NCBI GenBank assembly: GCA_949290515.1
Contig: CASERZ010000005.1
Span: forward strand, 101,856 to 165,855
Direction: 5' to 3'
Length of the DNA stretch: 64,000 nucleotides
Origin: an uncultured Christensenella sp.
Lineage (GTDB): Bacteria; Bacillota; Clostridia; Christensenellales; UBA3700
Below are positions 47,485 to 55,649 of this stretch, piece after piece. The notes beneath the pieces were generated by a model. The model searched no databases, had not been told where the DNA came from, and saw only the letters and a program-made list of their open reading frames with translations. Positions within the stretch are counted from its first letter, which is position 1, and each line of letters opens with the position of its first letter. The position numbers and the translations under genes were made by a program.

Positions 47485-47513
47485 CTTTACAATTTGTTTT
47501 TGCTGTGCTAATA
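47485..47513 (+). promoter_or_regulatory. Candidate rpsF operon promoter (extended -10)
   Basis: TTTACA, a 17-nt spacer ending in TGC, then TAATAT (extended -10: TGcTAATAT). Confidence 0.55.
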
Positions 47514-47547
47514 TACACTTAGTATTTTTTCGGAAATACGCACCCTT

Positions 47548-47566
47548 GTTCGGGTAGCTCCCGAAC
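47548..47566 (+). promoter_or_regulatory. 5' leader hairpin upstream of rpsF (possible S6:S18 autoregulatory element)
   Basis: GTTCGGG-TAGCT-CCCGAAC, about 25 nt before the RBS. The functional assignment is inference only. Confidence 0.35.
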
Positions 47567-47591
47567 CATCAGACCAAAAGGAGGTATAAAA

Positions 47592-47873
47592 ATGAACAAG
47601 TACGAATTGTTGTATATCATCGAGAACGAACTTTCCGATGAGGCTAAGCAAGAAGTAGTTGACAAAATGGCTGAGGTTATCACGTCCAACGGCGGTGAAA
47701 TCGAAGGCACTGACAAGTGGGGTACCAAGAAGTACGCTTACCCTATCGACTACAAGACCGAAGGCTACTATGTTTTGGTAAACTTCAGCGCGCCCGCAAA
47801 CGTTCCCGAAGCAATCAAGACTTTCAATCGTAACACCGATGCGCTTGTAAGAAGTATGATTATCAAGAAGTAA
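47592..47873 (+). CDS. rpsF: 30S ribosomal protein S6
   Basis: MNKYELLYII.. WGTKKYAYPI and the rpsF-ssb-rpsR context. Confidence 0.95.
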   Translation: MNKYELLYIIENELSDEAKQEVVDKMAEVITSNGGEIEGTDKWGTKKYAYPIDYKTEGYYVLVNFSAPANVPEAIKTFNRNTDALVRSMIIKK

Positions 47874-47884
47874 GGAGAAAAGCT

Positions 47885-48277
47885 ATGAACAAAGTAATTT
47901 TGATAGGCAATCTTACTCGTGACCCCGAGTCGGGTTCTACCCAGAGCGGAGTACAGTTTTGTAGATTTTCCATTGCCGTAAACCGCAGATTCAGCAGAGA
48001 AAACGAAGCTACCGATTATTTTAATATCGTATGCTGGAGAGCGCTTGCGGAAAACTGCTCCAAGCTTCTTGCAAAGGGCAGAAAAGTCTGTGTATGCGGT
48101 TCTATCCAGACGCGTCAGTACGAGCAGGACGGTATCAAGCGTACGGCATTCGACATAATAGCCGACGAAGTAGAATTCCTCTCGCCCGCTAAGGGAGACG
48201 ACGTAGCGGAACAACCCGCAAAGAAACAGGAGCCTGTAAGCAATCTTACCCCTGTTGAAGACGAATTACCATTCTAA
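47885..48277 (+). CDS. ssb: Single-stranded DNA-binding protein
   Basis: MNKVILIGNLTRDPE OB-fold start and C-terminal DELPF tip. Confidence 0.9.
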   Translation: MNKVILIGNLTRDPESGSTQSGVQFCRFSIAVNRRFSRENEATDYFNIVCWRALAENCSKLLAKGRKVCVCGSIQTRQYEQDGIKRTAFDIIADEVEFLSPAKGDDVAEQPAKKQEPVSNLTPVEDELPF

Positions 48278-48297
48278 TTTAAAAAGGAGACAGAACA

Positions 48298-48552
48298 ATG
48301 GCTGAAGAGAAAGTAGTTAAGCGTCCTGCAGGCAAAAAGCCCGTATCTCGCAAAAAAGTTTGTATTTTCTGTGTTGACAAGATTGACTCTGTAGACTATA
48401 AAGACGTAGCAAAGCTTCGCAAATACATTACCGAAAAGGGTAAAATCGTTCCCAGAAGAATGAGCGGCGTATGCGCTAAGCACCAGAGAATAGTTACCGA
48501 AGCAATCAAGAGAGCAAGAGAAATGGCTTTGCTCCCTTACGTAGCAGAATAA
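48298..48552 (+). CDS. rpsR: 30S ribosomal protein S18
   Basis: [34 protein letters not shown]. Confidence 0.95.
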   Translation: MAEEKVVKRPAGKKPVSRKKVCIFCVDKIDSVDYKDVAKLRKYITEKGKIVPRRMSGVCAKHQRIVTEAIKRAREMALLPYVAE

Positions 48553-48570
48553 TTGAAAAACCAAAAGACG

Positions 48571-48597
48571 AGAGGTACTGAGTACCTCTCTTTTTTT
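48571..48597 (+). terminator. Rho-independent terminator
   Basis: AGAGGTAC-TGA-GTACCTCT followed by C and T7. Confidence 0.85.
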
Positions 48598-48664
48598 ATG
48601 GACAAAACGCAAGTCCAGCGTTTGTGTTTGTCGGGTATTCGGTTGATTTATAAATCAAACGGTA

Positions 48665-48693
48665 TTGACACGTCCGCACAGAGGTGCTAAACT
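48665..48693 (+). promoter_or_regulatory. Orphan promoter-like element
   Basis: TTGACA, 17 nt, TAAACT. No ORF follows it. Confidence 0.5.
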
Positions 48694-48699
48694 ATAGTT

Positions 48700-48856
48700 A
48701 TAAAAAGCTCCGATAGCGTAAGATAAGAAGTATGCGAAAACTTACCTCAGTATCAATAAGACGTAAGCAATCGGAGAAAAATACTATGTGGGATTAAGAT
48801 TGTATAGCTATCATAATCCAAAAGAAAGACTTCGCTTTGACGAGGTCTTTCTTTTT
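48700..48856 (+). ncRNA. Candidate ~160-nt structured small RNA (unclassified)
   Basis: Bounded by the promoter at 48665-48693 and a terminator at 48823-48856 (AGAAAGACTTCG-CTTTGA-CGAGGTCTTTCT followed by TTTT). A long-range helix is possible between CTCCGAT (48708-14) and ATCGGAG (48770-76). No RBS-led ORF is present. Confidence 0.4.
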
Positions 48857-49139
48857 TGTTTGCTGAGAGAATCTTAAAAATCGGTTTTTGTCAGTTGTCT
48901 GCCGACAAAAAACAACCGACAAATATTGCTTAAAAAATATGGACAAAAAAGGATTAATCACAGTGGCAAAAGATGATAATTGAGCATTGTGACAGATTGA
49001 CGGAAGACGATTCGCGTGAAAAATTTTCCCATTTGACGAGAGGGCTCTAAAGAGAAATTTATGTCGGCGGGGGTTAAAATAGTGCATTTTGCGTATGTAA
49101 AATCAAATATTTTCGTGTACGATTTACAAAAAAAGGGTA

Positions 49140-49168
49140 TTGAAGTTTTATATATATTATGTTATAAT
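49140..49168 (+). promoter_or_regulatory. Candidate promoter of the eight-gene operon (extended -10)
   Basis: TTGAAG, a 17-nt spacer ending in TGT, then TATAAT (extended -10: TGtTATAAT). It lies 55 nt upstream of the GGGAGG RBS and the ATG at 49223. Confidence 0.6.
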
Positions 49169-49222
49169 TACTCTGCGTAACGATTGAGGTAAAATCACAT
49201 AACGTACGCTAAGGGAGGAAAA

Positions 49223-51157
49223 ATGACATCGCTTAAAGTCGCGATAGATTTGGGAAGCGACAAAGTAAAAGTCGCTTTTGCATATAAGGACGGAGAAAAA
49301 GCCGTCTACGGCAAGCTTGCCGACAGAGACGTTACGGGAAGTATCGTGACGCCTGCTATCGCTTATTACGACGAAGAGAGCGGACGCTGGCTCTTCGGCG
49401 AAGACGTCTACCGCGGTACGGACAGACCTTTTATCACGGTAGTAAAAATCAAGACGCTCATATCTCTGCTTATGCGCAGAGAGAACAAGGCCGTTACTTT
49501 GTCAAACCGCGAATTTTACCGCAACGGCTACGATTTTCCCAAGTTTTATTTTCCCGTAAAGAAAAAAAGCTCCGCCGACCTCAAAGAGGCTGTGGATTTG
49601 GATATGACTTTCAAAGGCGACGTTACGCCCGAAAAGGTATGCGAAAGCTTTTTCGTATATCTCGCTCAGCAGATAGTCAATCCCGCAATAATGCGTCTGG
49701 GTAAGGAGCGTAACCTCGAATTTGACGAAGTGGACTATGCTCTGGTGTATCCCGCAAAGGCGGGCAAGGAAGTCGTAGACGAGCTGAAAAGACTTGTCAG
49801 ATACGCTTTCGGCAAATTGCCGCGCACGGTAATTTCGGCTACGAAAGCACTGGGACTGCTTGCATATCACAGAGGCGCGCTTGCGGGCGACGAACAACTC
49901 GTTATAGTAGATATGGGCGAAGAGGATATCTCGGTGGCAAAACTTTCGCTCAACAGCGATAAAACCGTTATCGTCGACGGCGTAGACGGACACAATCAGC
50001 CTATGGATTTGGGCGGCAACGATATCGACTACGCAGTCAGGGATTTTCTCGAAAACGCCGTGTGCGAGAGAGAAACGCCGGGCGTACCTGCAGATATGAA
50101 CGATTTTGTCGCTGAGAGAGGCACTCATTCGGGACAGTTCCTTCTGATGACCGAAATAAAGAAAGCCAAAAACGCGCTTTCTCTTCCTGACGCGGTATAT
50201 GACAGAATATTCGAAAATGGCGTGCCCGTCAGTTTTCTAAGAGACGTGGTGGTACAGCGGAAAATTACGAGAGAGGATTTTTGCGACTGCATAGGCATTA
50301 CTAACGGCGACAAGATAGCGGGTCGTATAGCCGAATACATAATCGAGGAATTGCGCCGCTCGGTAAACGCCAAGGTAGGCAAACTCGTTTTGTCGGGAGG
50401 CGTAACGGAGACTTACGGGATTGTGAGATTTATCAAGCGAGTGCTCAAACAAAACGCCGTCAACGTGCAAGTGATTACTTTCGACGACTATTGCAACAAT
50501 GACGACGGGTTCAATATCCTTTCTTACGAGGATTCTGTTTTCGCGCCTGCGGTAGGCGGTGCGATAGTCGCGCTTAAGGGTTATGAAATCAAGACGGCTG
50601 CCGCGCTTTCGTACGGCACGTGGCAATACCGCAAGAAAGGAGACAAGTATTACAAAATACTCGATATATTCCTCAAAAAAGGACAGATACTTCCTCCCGA
50701 CGGAGGCAAATACTGCGTTTCGTCCTGCCTCAAATATCTCGACAAATGGGAGGGAAAAGTCGTCAACGAAGAGATTTTTTCCACGACCGCTACGGAAACT
50801 TGCGAGATAGGCGAGCCTGACAGCGCGCTCAGACTGAGTATGCAAAAACGCATCGACCTCAAAGTCGTTGCGGGCGGCAAGAGCAAGGGCGCGATTTATA
50901 TCTGTTACAGAGAGAGCGACGGCTCGCTTACGCCCGTACAAATCAAAGGCACGCTTTATTTTGACGAGGGAGTAAGGATTGACGGAGACGGAAGAGCCGT
51001 GCCGTATATCGAAAACAATCTATCAAAAAACGGAGCAAAGAATATTATCAAAATCCGACCGGCAGACAACGTATTCGAGATAAAATACGCCTGCTATAAA
51101 GACATTGTGCTAAGGTTCAGCGGCGTCGACGAATTTGACGTCGAGGGCGGCGATTGA
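49223..51157 (+). CDS. Hsp70/DnaK-like (ASKHA superfamily) ATPase with unique C-terminal domain
   Basis: IDLGSDKVKVAF (phosphate-1), VIVDMGEEDISVAKL (degenerate phosphate-2), DLGGNDIDYAVRDFL (Hsp70 DLGGEDFD-like), LSGGVTETYG (adenosine motif), APAVGGAIVAL. The last ~190 aa look beta-rich. Confidence 0.8.
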   Translation: MTSLKVAIDLGSDKVKVAFAYKDGEKAVYGKLADRDVTGSIVTPAIAYYDEESGRWLFGEDVYRGTDRPFITVVKIKTLISLLMRRENKAVTLSNREFYRNGYDFPKFYFPVKKKSSADLKEAVDLDMTFKGDVTPEKVCESFFVYLAQQIVNPAIMRLGKERNLEFDEVDYALVYPAKAGKEVVDELKRLVRYAFGKLPRTVISATKALGLLAYHRGALAGDEQLVIVDMGEEDISVAKLSLNSDKTVIVDGVDGHNQPMDLGGNDIDYAVRDFLENAVCERETPGVPADMNDFVAERGTHSGQFLLMTEIKKAKNALSLPDAVYDRIFENGVPVSFLRDVVVQRKITREDFCDCIGITNGDKIAGRIAEYIIEELRRSVNAKVGKLVLSGGVTETYGIVRFIKRVLKQNAVNVQVITFDDYCNNDDGFNILSYEDSVFAPAVGGAIVALKGYEIKTAAALSYGTWQYRKKGDKYYKILDIFLKKGQILPPDGGKYCVSSCLKYLDKWEGKVVNEEIFSTTATETCEIGEPDSALRLSMQKRIDLKVVAGGKSKGAIYICYRESDGSLTPVQIKGTLYFDEGVRIDGDGRAVPYIENNLSKNGAKNIIKIRPADNVFEIKYACYKDIVLRFSGVDEFDVEGGD

Positions 51158-51168
51158 CAGGAGGCGAT

Positions 51169-53988
51169 ATGGCTTTGAACAAAAACAAAAAATATACCGT
51201 CACTTGCGTGGACGGAGCGTTTGACAAAGATATTCAGAAATCGGGAATATCGGGAGAAATACGCCCCTATGACGCAAAGATGGCGGAGATGACCAAGTGC
51301 ATAGAGGAGCTAGACCGCTATGACGATTTTGCCGCGCTTAAAATCGAACCCGAAGTATACGAAAAAAGCGGGGACGGAGAGTACGGCATAAAGAGGTCGC
51401 ACGTACATTCGAGCGTCAACAGCCCTCAGGTAATACTAAGACATCAGCAACTTGCCGCTGCGCAGTTTCTCAAGGAATTGAGAGGATTCGGACTTCTTGC
51501 CGACGTAGTGGGAAGCGGAAAGACTTTCGAGGCGTGCACGGTGCTCAGCGAGCTTGCCGTAAGAGGCAAGATGAAGTCGCTTCTCGTAGTAGTGCCCGCG
51601 CAGGTATACGATGACTGGATAGAGGTACTCGAGGAAAAATTCGGGCTGGGCAAAGGCGTGCTTATGAGCGTAAAAACCCCTGATTTCGGGGAGTGCGAGC
51701 ATTTGCGCGAAAGCGGATTTATACATCCCAAACGTCCTGTAATCGTCAAGGCAGAGGACTTTGCGGAGTGGAAGGAAAGCGCGATTAAAAACGTACTTTT
51801 CGACGTGGTGGTCGTAGACGAAGCGCATCACTTGTGCAGCGAAGAGGGCAGATACGCCAAGGCTATGAAACTTCTCTCGCTTATGATGGTTACCAAGAAA
51901 AAAGCCAACAGCACTTACTGCATACTCTTGTCGGCTACGCCTCATTCGGGCAACCTCGACAAGATGTTCAGACTGTGGTATTTCATACGTTGCAAGGGCG
52001 GTAACCCCGACGACTTCGACGAAAAGGACGACAAGGACAGGACGGCAGACTACGCAAAGGAAAAGAAGTACTACAAGGAAAACGTGTGCAGAGGCGCGGA
52101 TACCGTAGCCGAATTCATCACGGCAGTAAAGAAGTACGAGATTGACAACAATTATTCCGAGCAGTTTGCCGAATACCTCAAATCCAAAAAAGAAGAGAAG
52201 AATTTCGCAAACGGAACCGAGGGGGAAAAGCAGATACTGAGAGAGGATTTTCTCAAGGACAACGGACATATACGTGCGGATATACTCAAGCGCGTTGCAA
52301 GCGCTTATCACAACGGCGTATTGCGTACGATAATGATACGTCAGCCCAACGAACTCAGCAAGACCAGATACGTATTCAACCGTTATTTCTTTCCTTTGAA
52401 AAACGACGTGCCCAGAGTTATTCAGGTGCAATTCGACAAGGGTGTAAACGCAGAAGTCGATTTGCAGGAGATTAATTCCGACGGCGCGGTGCGTGCGGAC
52501 GGTAAAGTATATTCCCTTAGAGATTACGCCGAGATGACCGACAAGACGGGAAGAGTACAGGAGAGATATGCCGAGCTTCTCGTGCCCGCGATTTTGGGTG
52601 CTACGGGTTCGTTTGCAGACAAGAGCATATTCGACAAGAAAAACTCTTTGAGATATTACTGGCAGCAGTTTGCGAGAAAGAGTGCGGCAGAGAGTGACAA
52701 CGTATTCAGATTTATGCCCGCTACGGGAGACAGTTACGCATACAAACTAGCCGAACTCAAATATCTTCTCAGCCAACACGCGGGAGAAAGAGTACTCGTA
52801 TTTTTCGACTACGATTTGCCTCGTACCAGCAGAGGATACAGACAGTGGGAAAAAGTCGAAGCCGATTTGCTTGCCGACGAGAAGTTTGCAGGCAGGATAA
52901 TAATCGGCAGAGAAGACGAAAAGCAAAAGGCTATCTCCGACTTTGCAAAGCGCGAAGACGCGGTGCTCGTAGTCGAGGACAGTGCGTTTACCGAAGGCGT
53001 TAACTTGCAGGACAGCAGAATAATAATCAATTTTCAGGTTACGCCCGACCCGCTTGCTATGGACCAGAGAATAGGACGTATATTCCGTCTGGGGCAAGCC
53101 AACGACGTAGTGATTTACTCCTTTGCAGATATGAATAAGCTCGAGGGATTTGCGCTTGCGTATTTCAACACGATAGGACTTTTGTCCAGCAACAGCGGAG
53201 ACGCGACGATTATCGCGGGAAGCAACAACGAGCGTATGGTTGCTCTGAGATGTCCCGCCTGCGGCAAAGTCGCGCTCTATTCCAAGCAAGAGTACGAGTA
53301 CAGAAAGAGAAAAGGACTTCTGTACTGTTTTGCAAAAAAACAATGTATACAGGACGACCCCAAGGGTACGCTTATGGAGGAAATCAACGTCTACGAATTC
53401 AAGTGTTCGACTTGCGATACCGTATTCGCAAGGAGCATAGGAGACGGGGGTTATAAGTGTATATCCAAGACCGAAGGAGAGAGGGGCACGATGTGCAACT
53501 CGGGAGACAAGGGGGACAGAGATTATTATTGCAGCAAGCTGTGCGCAATGTTGCACTGTTCGAGATTCAAGAGCGAGATGGACGGAAAGTGCGCGGTTAT
53601 CAATGCTTACCGCCACAATCCTCACACTACGGCAGTGGAACTCGCTACGCTATGCGCCAATTGCAAATACAAAGCGGGTTGTCCCGCAAAGTGCCGTTTC
53701 GGTACCGACAAGGAAAGCATTACGCAGTGTTCGGTATGCGATTACAGCGAATGCTCGCCCAAACCGCACGTCATATCTTTTGACGAAAAATGGGCGGCGC
53801 GTTGTCCCAAGTGCGAAGACGAGGGCAACAAGGGATATTTGCGTCCCGTCGTAGCGCGTACTTTTGCGGCATACATAAGAGCGGCGTGGGAATTCAAACA
53901 CGACAACGGCGAGTCTTTCTGCGCAAACCTCGAGAAGGAAGCGGACAAGGTAGCCGACATAAGAGAGATGCTCTCTATGGACAGATAA
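51169..53988 (+). CDS. SNF2-family helicase/translocase with C-terminal multi-zinc-ribbon tail
   Basis: Motif I VVGSGKTFEA (51511-51525 encodes GSGKT), motif II VVVDEAHHL, motif III LSATPHSG, EGVNLQ, and motif VI QRIGRIFRLGQ. The last ~245 aa hold 22 Cys, including CPAC, CSTC, CANC, CSVC and CPKC. The start could also be the TTG at 51154. Confidence 0.85.
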   Translation: MALNKNKKYTVTCVDGAFDKDIQKSGISGEIRPYDAKMAEMTKCIEELDRYDDFAALKIEPEVYEKSGDGEYGIKRSHVHSSVNSPQVILRHQQLAAAQFLKELRGFGLLADVVGSGKTFEACTVLSELAVRGKMKSLLVVVPAQVYDDWIEVLEEKFGLGKGVLMSVKTPDFGECEHLRESGFIHPKRPVIVKAEDFAEWKESAIKNVLFDVVVVDEAHHLCSEEGRYAKAMKLLSLMMVTKKKANSTYCILLSATPHSGNLDKMFRLWYFIRCKGGNPDDFDEKDDKDRTADYAKEKKYYKENVCRGADTVAEFITAVKKYEIDNNYSEQFAEYLKSKKEEKNFANGTEGEKQILREDFLKDNGHIRADILKRVASAYHNGVLRTIMIRQPNELSKTRYVFNRYFFPLKNDVPRVIQVQFDKGVNAEVDLQEINSDGAVRADGKVYSLRDYAEMTDKTGRVQERYAELLVPAILGATGSFADKSIFDKKNSLRYYWQQFARKSAAESDNVFRFMPATGDSYAYKLAELKYLLSQHAGERVLVFFDYDLPRTSRGYRQWEKVEADLLADEKFAGRIIIGREDEKQKAISDFAKREDAVLVVEDSAFTEGVNLQDSRIIINFQVTPDPLAMDQRIGRIFRLGQANDVVIYSFADMNKLEGFALAYFNTIGLLSSNSGDATIIAGSNNERMVALRCPACGKVALYSKQEYEYRKRKGLLYCFAKKQCIQDDPKGTLMEEINVYEFKCSTCDTVFARSIGDGGYKCISKTEGERGTMCNSGDKGDRDYYCSKLCAMLHCSRFKSEMDGKCAVINAYRHNPHTTAVELATLCANCKYKAGCPAKCRFGTDKESITQCSVCDYSECSPKPHVISFDEKWAARCPKCEDEGNKGYLRPVVARTFAAYIRAAWEFKHDNGESFCANLEKEADKVADIREMLSMDR

Positions 53989-53998
53989 CGGAGGACGT

Positions 53999-55639
53999 AT
54001 GGCAAAGATATACGTAGGTAACGAATACGCGGGTACTTTCGAAAGCATAGCGAAGATGTATTCGCAAGGATGCGTCCCCGAGGGGCTCATCAAAAGCGCG
54101 GACGCCAACAGAATAGTAACCGCCGCGCAGGAATTCGTATTGACCAAAGGCAGAGGAAAAGCAATGGACGCGGGCGCGGACGCAACGATAGGAGAAGACG
54201 GCGCGTCCTGGTTTGCCGTATTCAGAGGCGCGAAACCCTTAAGTCGCAATGCCGAATGGCTTATGTTCGTGGAGACCGTCAAGGAGTATTTTCACCGCAA
54301 TTATTCGCTTGTGGAATACTGCCCGAGGGATTACAGGCTGAGTGCTGACGAAGCGGCTTTGCAAAAGGAAAACATATCGAGATTTTTGAGATTGTTTTAT
54401 CCGGGTTACGCTTTCGAGATATACAGAGGAGACGAGCAGGAAGGTATTGAAGATATCTACGGCGCGTCGCTGAGAATGGAGCTTACCGACGGCACCGGAG
54501 AGGCTGTACCCGTGCTTGGAAAAGTGTTTTTCAGAAAAACTCCAAAGGGTATACTTGCGTACGGCAAGGACGATGCGGAGGATATAAACAAATATCTTCA
54601 GGCGTTTGACAAACCGCAGGACAACTACGCTTCCAATCAGAACAGCCTAGAGCTTACCGACACGGTGATAGAAGCTCTCGACAGGCTCGTGCACCCCGCA
54701 GAAAGTGCGGAGTATATTCTTGACGATTGCATAATCTTTGCGAGCGACAACGATAAAAAAGCCGTGGAGATTATGGTCGAAAAAGGACCTAACGAAAGAG
54801 TGGATATTCTGTGCGTGAGTATGTCTGTGATGAATATATCGCACGTGAGATGGCAAAACGACAGCTACAATATCCGTCTGGGAGACAAGACCGTCCTCAA
54901 AGCCAACATAGGCATAGGCGGAAAGTTCAATCTGTGGTGCAACAACTGCCGTAAAAAGACCCCTCTCGTGGAGTCGGGCAAAATAAAGTTTTCTTACGGC
55001 GGAAAGAAAAAGCTTTTAGTCATTGATTTGGCGCGCGAGGACTTCGGCATACCTGCCGACATACTTGCGGAGATAAAAGCTAGCGGAGTATTTTCAAAGC
55101 ATATCGTTAAGATTTGTTGCAACGAAAATATACGTCTCGCGGGGGCTTGCGTACGTTACGTCTGCGACGGAGACAGCATTACTCTCGACGACGGTCAAAT
55201 CAAGTGCAAAAACTGTCCTTATCCCGAAGTAACGTTTGCGTGCGAGGACGGAGTTGTGCGCTATACGGCAAATCTGGCTTTTGCCCGCGACAGAATGACG
55301 CTCGTACCCAAAGATAAAGTCGTGGAGTGCGAGTGTTGCAAGCGCAACTTCTACAGCGAGGAGAAAAAGGACGGTTTCGTCTGCGACTTCTGTCGCACGG
55401 CTAAGATAGGCATAGCCGGTATGGATTACTCTGACTACAAAGAGGGCAACAAACTCTATCGCAAGTATGCGGGAATGTTGCCGCTTTCTCTAAGAGTGCA
55501 AAATATAAGAAAACACAAATACTGCAAAGAGGATGAGGATTGCATACTCTTTATTCTCAACAAAACCACGCTCATTTTCTACAAAGAAAAGCTGGGCGAA
55601 AAAGGCTTTTTGCCTTCACCCGAAAAAATAGAATTGTAA
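53999..55639 (+). CDS. Orphan protein with C-terminal CxxC-rich region
   Basis: RBS GGAGGA and a 10-nt gap to the upstream gene. CNNC, CKNC, ECECC and CDFC clusters lie between about 54938 and 55405. No recognisable enzymatic motif. Confidence 0.75.
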   Translation: MAKIYVGNEYAGTFESIAKMYSQGCVPEGLIKSADANRIVTAAQEFVLTKGRGKAMDAGADATIGEDGASWFAVFRGAKPLSRNAEWLMFVETVKEYFHRNYSLVEYCPRDYRLSADEAALQKENISRFLRLFYPGYAFEIYRGDEQEGIEDIYGASLRMELTDGTGEAVPVLGKVFFRKTPKGILAYGKDDAEDINKYLQAFDKPQDNYASNQNSLELTDTVIEALDRLVHPAESAEYILDDCIIFASDNDKKAVEIMVEKGPNERVDILCVSMSVMNISHVRWQNDSYNIRLGDKTVLKANIGIGGKFNLWCNNCRKKTPLVESGKIKFSYGGKKKLLVIDLAREDFGIPADILAEIKASGVFSKHIVKICCNENIRLAGACVRYVCDGDSITLDDGQIKCKNCPYPEVTFACEDGVVRYTANLAFARDRMTLVPKDKVVECECCKRNFYSEEKKDGFVCDFCRTAKIGIAGMDYSDYKEGNKLYRKYAGMLPLSLRVQNIRKHKYCKEDEDCILFILNKTTLIFYKEKLGEKGFLPSPEKIEL

Positions 55640-55649
55640 GGAGGCGGAT

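Noticed and set aside
48794-49087. 97-aa minus-strand ORF in the intergenic region upstream of the operon.
   Set aside because: It has no RBS, runs through the candidate sRNA terminator and a hairpin, and has an odd composition. It is more likely non-coding.
51154-51168. TTG at 51154 as the SNF2 start, overlapping the upstream stop.
   Set aside because: This is not excluded. However, the ATG at 51169 is preceded by CAGGAGG and gives a conventional start, so I annotate 51169 and flag the alternative.
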